Shown: one piece after another, positions 39,597-50,544 of the stretch
Position numbering within the stretch: the stretch's first letter is position 1
Layout of the letters: each line of letters begins with the position of its first letter
Assembly (NCBI GenBank): GCA_903902515.1
Contig: CAIUVD010000253.1
Span: forward strand, 1 to 57,117
From: an uncultured Planctomycetota bacterium
Lineage (GTDB): Bacteria > Planctomycetota > UBA11346
Length of the DNA: 57,117 nt
Reading direction: 5' to 3'
Position numbers and translations under genes: made by a program
Notes under the pieces: model-generated
What the model saw: only the letters and a program-made list of their open reading frames with translations
What the model was told of the DNA's origin: nothing
Database searches by the model: none

Positions 39597-42391
39597 ATGT
39601 CCGATATTGGGCGATCGCCCTGTGGTACGTGGTCATCCCAGGTTTTCTCTCGGCCGTTGAGGTTCCGGCGATCTCAAGCCTGCCTGGTCATCCACGCCTG
39701 CTCATGAGCACCGCCCAGCTGCAATCGATCAAGAATGGACCTTCGGATGAACTCCGGAACCAACTGAAGGCATACCTGTATGCCCTGGCGGATGCTGCGA
39801 CGGAGACCGATATCCAGACCTATTCGCAGATTACGTCACGATTTTCGGCGCAATTTCCTTCGCCATCAGAATCGGAACTGCGGGAGCAGGGGCTGCGGAC
39901 AGCACGGCGCGTTCAAGGTCTTCTCCTCACGTGGGCAATGGCGTCACGTATTGCCGAAGTGGTGGATAATGACCGGGTGAAAAGCGAGCGCTGGGCACGG
40001 CGTGCCATCCGTCAAATGGCGACGGTCTCATCTGCCAATTTTCAGTGGGATCCTGCTCGAGACGCCGTGCTCCCGGGAAGGGCAGATCCTTTGAATGGTC
40101 AATTTCTCAATGTCGCTGAAATGGCGTTGGGAGTCTCCATTGCCTATGACTGGTTATGGCATCGCGGTACCTGGTGGGTGATCAATGGCGTTGATCAGCG
40201 ACCGCTCGTCCGCCAAGCCTTGTATGACAAGGCACTTCGTTGGGGGGCCGATGCCTACGGCGATGCCCCATCCAGCTATACGACATTTTGGGTCAATGGT
40301 GCCTACAACTGGACTCAAGTTTGTAATGCTGGCCTTCTTGCGGCCGCCCTGGCCCTCGCTGGGGATTCCGTGGCGTCGGGCCCAAACCAGAGTGCCCTCA
40401 ATATGGAGATTCAACGGGTTATCGATGGCGCTTGCCGGTCCTTGGAGTCGTCCCAGTCCATGTACCAACCTGCCGGCGTCTACCCCGAGGGGCTAGGTTA
40501 TTGGGCCTATGGCACGGTCTACCAGGTGTTGGCCATCGGGATGCTCGAAAGCACTCTTGGATCCACCTCCACATTCGCCACCGAGCGTGTTCAACCCCTG
40601 TGGAATAGTCCTGGGTTCCAAAAGACGGCGGCCTATCGCATGGCGATGATTGGTCCCACGGGTAATCCATTTACCTACTCCGACACGGGATTTGTCCAAA
40701 GCGCCACGACCCGAACGGACGGGCCCAGTTTGCCCCTCATTTGGCTCGGCCTGCGTTTCAACGACCTGCATATTCAAAACTATCACCGGACATGCTTGGA
40801 TAATGATCTGCCAAAAACGGCCACATCGACCATCGATGATGGGACGTTCTTCGGATTCTATGCCTATCCCCTCCTGTACTTGTGGATGCCTCCGTCAGCG
40901 AACACCGATCCTCTGCGTGACCTTACCTTCAAGGATGATTATTTCCCAGGAAGGCCCCTTGGGAATCGTGGCACCAATGCCGTGGAATTGGCGATTTTCC
41001 GAAACCAGCCCACGCAAACGGATGATTGGTGGGTTGCCATGAAGGGCGGTGCGAGTGGTAATAATCACAGTCACCATGATCTCGGGTCATTCAGCATGGA
41101 TTTCCAGGGCGTGCGATGGGCAGAGGATTTGGGCGCCGATGATTACGGACTCCCCGGCTACGGCGATGACCACCATGGAGGGTCACGATGGGAGTACCTG
41201 TTATGCGGAACGCAGGGACATAACACCCTGTCCCCGGGTGGCATGCAGCAGCACCTGGTGGCGTTGGCCCCCATCACCCTGTTCAGTTCCACCGCGACCA
41301 GCGCCAAGGCGGTGGTAGACTTGACGGCGTTGTACCCGGGAATGGGACACCGGATCATGCGCGGGGTGGAAATGGTGGATGCACGACAGCAAGTGCTCCT
41401 CCAGGACGATGTCCAGGCCCTGCCGGCCGGGGTTCCGTTGCTGTGGCGCATGATGACCAAAGCTTCGATTGTCGTTGAGTCCGGGAATCCGAGGAACCTC
41501 ATTTTGACGCGCTCATTAGAGGGCGTTCCTCGCACTTTGCGTTTGGAGGTGCTGCACCCTGGGAATGCGGAGGTCTCGATCCAGGCCGTCGATAGCCTGC
41601 AAAATGGTTCGGTGGCATTTCCTGGGTACTCACGCATTACGGTGCGGGTGCCTCCCAGCTCTGCGCCGGTCGACCGTCAAATCCTGGTGCGTTTCCGGGC
41701 GTCTGATCGTTCGGCATTCAACGTGGGGTCGGCGCCTCGAAACCCGGTGTGGAATTGGACGGCGGAATCAGCATCCCCGTTGATGCCGCCCACGCTCACG
41801 ATTCCGACCAGCGTGGCGGTTTCCCCCGGGTCTTCCTGGAGCTTCGTACTGACGGGCACGGCAAAGCCGTGGACAACGCTCCGCGTTACGAATCGACCGT
41901 CCTGGCTCGTCCTTGATGAGGTGGCAGGCCGGCTTTACGGGGAGGTGCCAACGGATTTTGCAGCCAAGGTAACCATGAACGTCCAGGCCACGAACAGCGC
42001 CGGCAGTTGTTCTGCCAGTCTCACCATGGCTCCCGCGGCTCGGGTTCTTGCCGTACTGATTTCCGACACGCTGACATTCACACGTGGTTCGGCTATCACA
42101 TCATTTTCAGGATCATCAACGGTGAGCTTGGTCCAGGCATCAAGTCTCCAATCTTCCTGGTATGAACGTCCCTTCTCGATTCGTGCATGGGGACTTCCGC
42201 CAGGGGTGACAATGAAGCCGTGGCTGGCCGTTGGTGGCACCCCGACGCAAGCGGGTCGTTATGATGTTCAGATTGAGGCGCAGCACGTCTTCGGCGTCGT
42301 TCGTGGCACCGTGACGATGATCGTCCAGGACACGGCCCGCGCTGATCAGCCCACTCTCTCGGCCACGCCGTCCTCTTTGGACTTGCCGTAA
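39593..42391 (+). CDS. Secreted heparinase II/III-like polysaccharide lyase with putative-Ig domains and no C-terminal anchor
   Basis: Signal peptide; HPRLL, FLNVAEM, AYDWL, NWTQVCNAG, YPEGLGYWAYG, MKGG...HSHHDLGSF, WAEDLG and HNTL. GTGA overlap with the upstream gene. Confidence 0.88.
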   Translation: MNVRYWAIALWYVVIPGFLSAVEVPAISSLPGHPRLLMSTAQLQSIKNGPSDELRNQLKAYLYALADAATETDIQTYSQITSRFSAQFPSPSESELREQGLRTARRVQGLLLTWAMASRIAEVVDNDRVKSERWARRAIRQMATVSSANFQWDPARDAVLPGRADPLNGQFLNVAEMALGVSIAYDWLWHRGTWWVINGVDQRPLVRQALYDKALRWGADAYGDAPSSYTTFWVNGAYNWTQVCNAGLLAAALALAGDSVASGPNQSALNMEIQRVIDGACRSLESSQSMYQPAGVYPEGLGYWAYGTVYQVLAIGMLESTLGSTSTFATERVQPLWNSPGFQKTAAYRMAMIGPTGNPFTYSDTGFVQSATTRTDGPSLPLIWLGLRFNDLHIQNYHRTCLDNDLPKTATSTIDDGTFFGFYAYPLLYLWMPPSANTDPLRDLTFKDDYFPGRPLGNRGTNAVELAIFRNQPTQTDDWWVAMKGGASGNNHSHHDLGSFSMDFQGVRWAEDLGADDYGLPGYGDDHHGGSRWEYLLCGTQGHNTLSPGGMQQHLVALAPITLFSSTATSAKAVVDLTALYPGMGHRIMRGVEMVDARQQVLLQDDVQALPAGVPLLWRMMTKASIVVESGNPRNLILTRSLEGVPRTLRLEVLHPGNAEVSIQAVDSLQNGSVAFPGYSRITVRVPPSSAPVDRQILVRFRASDRSAFNVGSAPRNPVWNWTAESASPLMPPTLTIPTSVAVSPGSSWSFVLTGTAKPWTTLRVTNRPSWLVLDEVAGRLYGEVPTDFAAKVTMNVQATNSAGSCSASLTMAPAARVLAVLISDTLTFTRGSAITSFSGSSTVSLVQASSLQSSWYERPFSIRAWGLPPGVTMKPWLAVGGTPTQAGRYDVQIEAQHVFGVVRGTVTMIVQDTARADQPTLSATPSSLDLP

Positions 42392-42549
42392 CTATGGGAG
42401 TGCTCGCCATGCAAGGGCCAGACCCCTACGGTTCGGTTCGGGATCGATGGGAAACAGTTGAGGTCTGAAGGGCCACTCTCACCAGGTGATGATGAACCGT
42501 TTGACCTGCGCCCCGTCGAAGGGGCCCGGGGCGACGAAGGGATTCTCGC

Positions 42550-43895
42550 TTAGAGGAGATTGGCGGCCTTGATCTCCAGGTAGCGGGAGATGAGCGCCGG
42601 GGTTAGGTCCGCCGGGACGATGTCGAGGACCAGGCAGCCCTTGGCCCGGAGGCGTTCAATCAGGGCCGCCCGGGCATTCAGGACCGAGGCGGCGGCCCCG
42701 GCCAGCCAAAAAGCGTCCTGATCCGGCGTCAGGGCAACGCTCGCCGGGGGTACGGCGGCGTGGAGGTCATCGTCGCGGATCAGCACGATCAGGGGCAGGT
42801 GGCGACCCGCCAGGGAGGCGGCGTGGCGTTCGAGGAGTTCGGCGGAGACGTCATCCAAGACCTGGGTCAGGATCACCACCAAGGAGCGTTTGCGCTCGGT
42901 CCGGGCGAGGGTCGCCAGGGCCTCGTCGTGGCGACTGAGGACCGGCTCCGCCTCTAAATCGTGAAGGGCATGGACCAACTGGTGGAAGCGGCGGGGGCCG
43001 CCGCCCGTGGGCATGCGGCGGCGGATACCATCGGCGTAGGCAATCAGGCCGACCCGGTCGCGCTGGGCCAGGGCGACATAACCTAGGAGCAGGGCTGCGT
43101 CGATGGCGTGGTCCAGGAGGGCCCGGGTACCGCCCGCAGACCCGACGACCCGGGCCGCCATCAAGCGCCCGGCATCGACCAACAGGGTCAGGGCCTGACA
43201 CTGGCTGGTCTGGTAGTCCCGGACCGTCAGCCGGTCTCGACGGGCGGTGGCCTTCCAGTCGATGCGGTTCAGGGGGTCGTCGCTGTGGTGGTCCCGCAGG
43301 CGCTCGAACTCCGTGTCGCCGCCGGTCCGTCGGGCCCGGCGGACCCCGATCAGGTCGAGGCGATCAGCCCGGGCCAGGAGGGCATAATCGTTGATCTGGC
43401 GTAGGTCAGGATGTACGGCCACCGTCAGGTCCGGGCCGGTGCGACGGGTCAAACGCCACAGGCCCAGGCGGCTTGCCAGGCCGAGATGCAACCCGTGGAG
43501 GACGACCGTGCCCCGCCGGGTGCCCGTGACGCGGAAGGTCAGTTCGGCCCGCCGTCGACCGGGGATGCGGACGTCCTGGGAGGCTGGGTCGGCTACCAGG
43601 GCCCGGGGCAGATCCGGCACCACCGTCAGGGCCACCGCCAGACGCCCGGGGGCCTCGATCACCGCCCGCAGGGTCTCGGGGCGATCCCGGGACCAAATGC
43701 GCGGGGCTTCGATCTGGACCCGCAGGCGGCGGAGGGCCGGCCATGACAGCAGCAGGTCGAGAACCGCCGCCCCGGCCACCAGCAAGTCGAGGCCGATGAC
43801 CGCCGGCCACAGGCCGGGATCGACGACGGCGGCGATGGCCGCCACCGCACACAGGCCGCTGGCCGCCAGCAGGGCACGGGTCGCGGACAGGCCCA

Positions 43896-43896
<1 letters not shown>
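42550..43896 (-). CDS. DUF58 (vWA-related) membrane-anchored protein
   Basis: GDTEFERLRDH..DDPLNRIDWKATARR, LLVDAGRLM and DRVGLIAY. Confidence 0.92.
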
Positions 43897-44899
<1,003 letters not shown>

Positions 44900-44903
<4 letters not shown>

Positions 44904-46033
44904 GGTCGGGGTCCCTGGTCGGGTGGCGGGGTGCCCCGCCAGCGGGTGAGTTCGGTATGGACGGCACGCCGGGCGTCCTCCCGGCGGAGGTGCCGGGCGA
45001 GGGCCTGGACGTGGACGAGGAAGCGTTGGCGGTCCTCGGTGAGCGGGGCCTCGCGGCGGCCCAACCAGCGGTTGCGCCAGACGAGGAAGACCACCAGCAC
45101 CGCCAACAGATGCCAGGCGACGTAACTGATGGGCGGAGTGGCGAACAGCAGGTGCAGCATGTCGAGGTCTTGCTCATCCCCCCGGCGCACCGCCAAGCGA
45201 CCCACCAGGGCCGTCTCCTCCGGTCCTGAGGACTCCTGGCGGTAGCGGGCCAGATCCGCCACCAGGGCCGCGAGGAAGGCCCGGGCGGCGGGATCCGGAA
45301 GGGCTCCGTCAAGAAGGCCGGTGGCGGTGGTGACGACGACCAACCGACCCTTGCCAAGGTCCCCCGCCAGGACCACCGGCCGGGCACCGCCGGGGACGGA
45401 CACGCGCACCACCGGTGCCAGGTTCGGGGCCTCAAGAATCTGGGACACGACGAGGTGGCGGGGCGTGGTCGTAAGGCCCCAGCCGGTCAACGGGCGGGTC
45501 AGGGGCTGTGCTGAATCCGGGCGCAGCCGGAATCCGAGACGGCCGTAATCCAGGATCTTGCCAGCAATCCGGAACGGCTCCCGCCGGTCCTCGGCCATCG
45601 CCCGCTCATCGAAACGCTCGGCCAGGGCTAACAGGGGCAGGTCCTGGGGCGACCCCAGGCGTTCGGCTTCCTGCCGGGCCTGGTCGGCCCAAGTCCGACA
45701 GAGGGGCCCGCCCAGGGCCCCGTCCCGCAGGATCAGCACCACCTGACGACCAGACTCCTCCTCCAGCCAGTCGAGGAGCCAGGCCTGGGCCTCGGGGCTG
45801 GGGGGCTCGTCGGTGGTCGCGACATGGACCAGGCAACCGAGGTTCTCCTCCTGCAGACGGTCCGACAGCATGCCGCTGCGCCGCACGGCCTGACCATCCC
45901 CCAAGGCCTGACGCAGGACCATCACGCCATTGACGCTCGCCCGACCGGCGTCGCTGACCCCATAAGTGGTGTCGAGGTCGGCCCCGCAGCCCGCGAGGAC
46001 CACCAGGGGCAGGATGAGCAGGAGGCACCTCAT
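44900..46033 (-). CDS. DUF4350-like lipoprotein/membrane protein of the MoxR cluster
   Basis: LAGC lipobox, YG...ASVNG, GKGRLVVV, a C-terminal TM and FLVHVQALA; operon position. Confidence 0.7.
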
Positions 46034-46737
46034 CGCCGCCGATCCTCGCCCGCAAGGAGGACCCCGATCTCTGCCAGCCCGGCCCGAATCTCCTCGGCCT
46101 CGGCCCGCGTTGCCGGCTGGTGGCCGAAGTAGGCCCGTTCGAAAATGCCCACCGTGCGTTCGAGGTGGTCCGCCAGGCCCACCGGACGGCCCTCGGCGGC
46201 GGCGGCCCGCGCCTGGCGCAGACAGCCACGGTCCGTCGCTCCGGGGCCCAGGTGGATGACCCCCGCCTGGTCGAGACGCAACAGTTGCAGGACGTAGGTC
46301 CAGATCACCGCCCGAGTCCAATCCCCGGCCGCAAAGGCGGCTTCCGCCTCGTGGGCCGGATCGGAACTTTCATCGACCTGGAAGGGCAGGGTCGAGAGAT
46401 CGATGGGCCGGGGTGCCGGGCGACCCTTCGTCTCGACCTCCGATCCCCCGGCCCGGGGCCGGAGTTGACGCAGGAGGTCCACCACCAGCAGGGCCACGGC
46501 CGTCACCACCAGGACGAGAACAACCCAGCCGAAGAGGCTCATGCCCAGGCCACCGGTTTCTCGGGAGGACTGCTCAGGGGTGGGTGGTTGGGGGATTTCG
46601 ATCCGCCGCCAATCGTCCTTCGCGGCATCATACCACGGCGCCTCCAGGCCCCGCAGGTGTTCACGGATGGGGTCGGGGGATTCCGCCGCTCCGGCGGCCA
46701 AGCCCAGGACCACGGCCAGCAGCAAAGCCCGGATCAC
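46030..46737 (-). CDS. DUF4129 domain membrane protein
   Basis: PWYD, a TM helix, AEAAFAAGDW..AV, L..LDQAGVI..GATDR and FERAYFG; GTG start overlaps the upstream stop. Confidence 0.8.
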   Translation of the reverse strand: MIRALLLAVVLGLAAGAAESPDPIREHLRGLEAPWYDAAKDDWRRIEIPQPPTPEQSSRETGGLGMSLFGWVVLVLVVTAVALLVVDLLRQLRPRAGGSEVETKGRPAPRPIDLSTLPFQVDESSDPAHEAEAAFAAGDWTRAVIWTYVLQLLRLDQAGVIHLGPGATDRGCLRQARAAAAEGRPVGLADHLERTVGIFERAYFGHQPATRAEAEEIRAGLAEIGVLLAGEDRRR

Positions 46738-47525
46738 GAGCCACCTCCCGGAAGACGGCTGGCAGCCCGCCGCAGGTCCAGTTCCACGTCCCAGCCCTCG
46801 TGGCGCGTCCGCAGGTCGAGGTAATTGACGAACCGCACCACCCCGAGGTAGGCCAAACCCAGCCACAGGCCGATGGTTGGCAGCACGGCCTGGCCCGGCA
46901 GCCATTCCTCAAAGTCCCCATCGTGCCACAGGTCACCCCGGCGCAGCAAGCCATCGAAGGCCTGGACGGTGCCGGTCACCACCCAGATGGCGATGACCAC
47001 CGTCACCGCCGCCGTCAGGAGATGCAGGACCTCCCGCGCGTGGCCGACCTGGGTCAGGGCCCGGGCCCGCTGCCAGGTGGCTTTGAAGCCCTGGCGTTCC
47101 AGACACAGCACCTCGGTGAGGTGCCCCAGGGACCACGGAAGGCCGATCAGCGTCAGGGCACACACCGCCCGCCACAGCCCGACCAAAGCGAGGGCTGGCA
47201 GGGCCCGCAGGGCCGGGCCCCAGGCATCGCGGATGCGCGGCCGGGGACTGAACATGGCTTGGCCGAGGAAGCAGGTGATAGGCGCCACCGCCAGGGGAGC
47301 CTGGGCAAAGGCCAGCACCGCCAGCAGCCAAGCCGCCGGGCCGGGGCGCGGCACGAGGGACAACAGCAGGGCATCCAGGACCACCCACGGTGCCAGACCC
47401 ACGGTCCCCAGGACCAGCAGGGGCCCGGCGTGCCGCCGCACCAACAGGGCTGCCAGGTCGTGGACTTCCCCCAGGTTCCGGGGCCGGGCGACGACCGTGA
47501 TGTGGTCGAGGAGACTACCGGCCAT
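46734..47525 (-). CDS. Conserved membrane protein of the MoxR/SpoIIM cluster
   Basis: RPRNLGEVHDLA N-terminus and YLDLRTRHEGWDVEL C-terminus; several TM helices. Confidence 0.8.
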   Translation of the reverse strand: MAGSLLDHITVVARPRNLGEVHDLAALLVRRHAGPLLVLGTVGLAPWVVLDALLLSLVPRPGPAAWLLAVLAFAQAPLAVAPITCFLGQAMFSPRPRIRDAWGPALRALPALALVGLWRAVCALTLIGLPWSLGHLTEVLCLERQGFKATWQRARALTQVGHAREVLHLLTAAVTVVIAIWVVTGTVQAFDGLLRRGDLWHDGDFEEWLPGQAVLPTIGLWLGLAYLGVVRFVNYLDLRTRHEGWDVELDLRRAASRLPGGGS

Positions 47526-49263
47526 CAGCGTCTCCGCTCCGGGCCCGGGCCCCGAGGACCACCAGATAGCCCATCAACAGGAGGGTGCTGGCCACCGCCA
47601 CCGCGCGTTTCAAGCCCAGGGGGACGGAGGACGGCGACACCCAGGCCTCGATGGGCGCCGCCAGGGCCACCGAGCAGGCGGCCACGGCGATGATCGGCAC
47701 GGCCCGCCCGGCGGCCCGCCGGAGGCTGTCCAGGCGCGGCAGACCGCCGGTGTCGATGATCCCGAGGCCCAGGCGCAACCCGGCCGCCCCGGCCAGGGCG
47801 ATGCCCGTCAATTCAAAGGGCCCATGGGCGGTCACGAATTCGAAGAAATGGCCCCGGGTGGCGTCATCGACGGTCAGCATGGCGCCAAAGGCCAGACCCA
47901 GCACCACGCCGTTGAAGGCCAGAAAAATCAGGCTGCCAACCCCGGCAAACACCCCGGCGGCGAAACAGGCCAGGGCGATGCCGACGTTGTGCATGAGGTA
48001 GAAGCCATGCATCAGGGCCGCCTCCTCGGCATTGCGACCCGAGGGATGGTCACGGTACATGTCCCGCAACTGATCAACAAAACCCGGGCCCATGACCGCC
48101 TCGGCGGTACCCGGCCGCAGGGCCGCGAGGATGATGCACAGGAAAAACGTCCCGAAAAACGCCAGGAGGGCGGCCCGCAGGCAGGGGTCGCCGTAGAGTC
48201 GCCCGGGGATGACCTCCAGCACCAGGCGGCGGATGTCCGCCCAACCGGGGGGAACCGGTGGATGGAAGCCCAGGTGGGCCCGGGCGACCACTCGATGGAG
48301 GCGATCGACCGTGCGGTGGGGCAGATGGAGAGCCTCCGCCAAGGACAGGTCGGCGCACGCCGAGCGGTAGAGCCGGGCAAAGGCCAGGGCCGGCGATTCC
48401 CGCACCCGGTCCCCGGGGATCCCGCCCCGGGCCAGGGCATCCAGGCGACTCCACTCGCTTTCACGACGCGCCAGGAAGGCCGCCCCCCGGGCCAGGGCCT
48501 GATCGTCGACGCTGGCCGTCAGCCGGTGATGAACCGCCGCCAGCAGGCGATCCGGGTCGGTGGCCATGGGCAGGCCCAGACGGCGGGCCAGGGGCGTGGC
48601 CAGGTGGCTCGCCAATTCCATCCGACGAGCTTCATGGAAATCCCGCCGCCGGGCGAGGTAGGTGGCAATCGCCCGCAGGGCCGGGGGATCAACCAGCAGC
48701 CCGACCTCGGCCGGCAGGGTCGCCGCCAGGGCCCGCTCCGACGGGGCCGCCGTCAGGCTGGTCCGCCGGGCGGCGGGATCCTCGCCGTCATGGACCACCA
48801 ACGTCCCAGCCGCCAGATCCCCCAGACGTCGAAAATCCCGCGAGCACACCATAGTCACCGCCGCCATCGCCACCGTCGGCAGGGCATCGGCATAGCGCAG
48901 GAGGGTCCGCAGGGTGGTCGCGGCCAGTCCCGGCGGCAGGCCCTCGTTGGTGACCGTGCGGAGCCCCAGGAGGGCCTTGCCAGGGGTCCGGCCGCGCCAC
49001 CGCCATTCCACCAATGCCCCCGCCAGCCACAGCAGGAGAAAGGTCAGGCCGAAGGCCAGGCCCACGGCCAAGCCCCCCAGACCCGTGACCGTCCCCACCA
49101 GCGCGAGCAGCAGCCAGCCCACCACCAGCAGCAGCACCACCACCAGGGCGTCGATCAGGAAGGCCAGACTCCGAACCAAGGGACCCGCCACCCGGTAACG
49201 GTAGGCCGCTTGCTCCGGCGTCCGGAATAGGGTCACCGTGTCGAGAAGTACAGGGGTGGTCAT
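47515..49263 (-). CDS. RDD domain / stage II sporulation protein M (SpoIIM/DUF95-like) fusion membrane protein
   Basis: RDD motifs TPE..., RSLAFLID, GRTPGKALLGLR and RRLGDLAAGTLVV; SpoIIM-like LYRSACADLS, HNVGIAL, FNG and HGPFELTGI. Confidence 0.87.
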   Translation of the reverse strand: MTTPVLLDTVTLFRTPEQAAYRYRVAGPLVRSLAFLIDALVVVLLLVVGWLLLALVGTVTGLGGLAVGLAFGLTFLLLWLAGALVEWRWRGRTPGKALLGLRTVTNEGLPPGLAATTLRTLLRYADALPTVAMAAVTMVCSRDFRRLGDLAAGTLVVHDGEDPAARRTSLTAAPSERALAATLPAEVGLLVDPPALRAIATYLARRRDFHEARRMELASHLATPLARRLGLPMATDPDRLLAAVHHRLTASVDDQALARGAAFLARRESEWSRLDALARGGIPGDRVRESPALAFARLYRSACADLSLAEALHLPHRTVDRLHRVVARAHLGFHPPVPPGWADIRRLVLEVIPGRLYGDPCLRAALLAFFGTFFLCIILAALRPGTAEAVMGPGFVDQLRDMYRDHPSGRNAEEAALMHGFYLMHNVGIALACFAAGVFAGVGSLIFLAFNGVVLGLAFGAMLTVDDATRGHFFEFVTAHGPFELTGIALAGAAGLRLGLGIIDTGGLPRLDSLRRAAGRAVPIIAVAACSVALAAPIEAWVSPSSVPLGLKRAVAVASTLLLMGYLVVLGARARSGDADGR

Positions 49264-49358
49264 GGGGAGTGGGAATGGTGCGACGAAGCCGTTGGTCGGC
49301 AAGGTTGCGCCTTGCGCTCTTGCATACCTACGGGGGGATTCCTAGGATTCACCCTTCC

Positions 49359-49874
49359 ATGACTTCATCCGATAACCCCTTCGCTGCGCCCGCCTCGGGA
49401 GCCGCTGCCCTCACCCCGGAACCCGTGGAGGGTGAACTGGCCAGCCGCGGCTCGCGTTTGGCCGCCGCCATCATCGATGTCCTGATCATGATGGCAGTTT
49501 TTTTTCCCATTATCTTGGTCCTTGGGTTCACGGTGACGGAACAGCAAGGGCCGATGGTCCAGATCATGATCGGCGGAGTAGCGGTTTTGGTGTCCTTGGG
49601 CATCAACGGCTGGTTGCTGCACACCCGAGGCCAAACCTTGGGGAAAATGGTGATGAAAATTCGTATTGTGCGCGTCGATGGCGTCGCGACCACGGGTTGG
49701 GACACCATCGGTAAGCGCCTCCTCCCGCTGTGGCTGGTGCAAATGATCCCAGTAATCGGCAGCTTTCTCGGGCTGCTGGATGTCCTGTTCATCTTCCGCC
49801 AGGATCGGCGCTGTCTGCACGACATGATCGCCGGCACCGAAGTCATCAGCCTCAAGTCGGCCAGCGGTCGCTGA
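49359..49874 (+). CDS. RDD family protein
   Basis: NPFAAP, LASRGSRLAAAIID, GQTLGKMVMKIRIV and RRCLHDMIAGTEV. Confidence 0.92.
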   Translation: MTSSDNPFAAPASGAAALTPEPVEGELASRGSRLAAAIIDVLIMMAVFFPIILVLGFTVTEQQGPMVQIMIGGVAVLVSLGINGWLLHTRGQTLGKMVMKIRIVRVDGVATTGWDTIGKRLLPLWLVQMIPVIGSFLGLLDVLFIFRQDRRCLHDMIAGTEVISLKSASGR

Positions 49875-49887
49875 GGCATCGGCTCCG

Positions 49888-50490
49888 TCAACGCCGCGGG
49901 ATCGTCAGCACCGCACCGGCCTCCGGCCGTTCGGCGCCGCCATTGGCGTCGCGAATGACCCGCCAGCCGTCCGGCGAGCCATAGAAAGCGGTGCTGACAT
50001 CGGCCCAGGTGTCCCCGGCTTGGGCGGTGTAGCGGCGTTCGCTGGTCGCCGGGGGAGCCACCGGGGGAGCCGAGGGGCTCTGGACTTGGACCGTCACTAC
50101 CACGGGACCCGGGGCCTTGGGGGCCAGTTTGCGGGTCAGGTAACGCTCGACCCCAGCCTGGATCTCGGCGGTCGGGACGCTCGGCGTGCCGGGCCCCACC
50201 AGGACCACCTGGGCATGGGCCGAGGCCCACCGCCACTCCGGAATGCCCTGGTCCGGATCCCCGTGCAACTCAGGCATCTCGGTGATTTCCGCCCGAACCT
50301 GCCAGGTCACCCCCAGGCGTTCACCGATGCTGACGGTGATGGCCCGTTCGGCCTCGGCCTTGGCATTACGGTCGGTGTTGGCGAGGAACCGGCCATCGCT
50401 GGTGATCAGCGTCCCGCCGCCGGAACGGGCCCCGTCCTCGGCACAGCCAGCAGCAAAGAGGATCAGGGCAGGCAGGAGGAGGCGCTTCAT
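49888..50490 (-). CDS. Lipoprotein with C-terminal LysM domain
   Basis: MKRLLLPALILFAAGC lipobox; YTAQAGDTWADVSTAFYG...WRVIRDAN...GAVLTIP is LysM. Confidence 0.85.
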   Translation of the reverse strand: MKRLLLPALILFAAGCAEDGARSGGGTLITSDGRFLANTDRNAKAEAERAITVSIGERLGVTWQVRAEITEMPELHGDPDQGIPEWRWASAHAQVVLVGPGTPSVPTAEIQAGVERYLTRKLAPKAPGPVVVTVQVQSPSAPPVAPPATSERRYTAQAGDTWADVSTAFYGSPDGWRVIRDANGGAERPEAGAVLTIPRR

Positions 50491-50544
50491 GGGGGGCCCA
50501 GCATGGCCCTGGTCCCGCAGGGGAAACCGCCACCATCCCCGCCC

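Noticed and set aside
47515-49263. SpoIIM-like domain as evidence of sporulation
   Set aside because: This domain family is widespread in non-sporulating bacteria within MoxR/DUF58 clusters.
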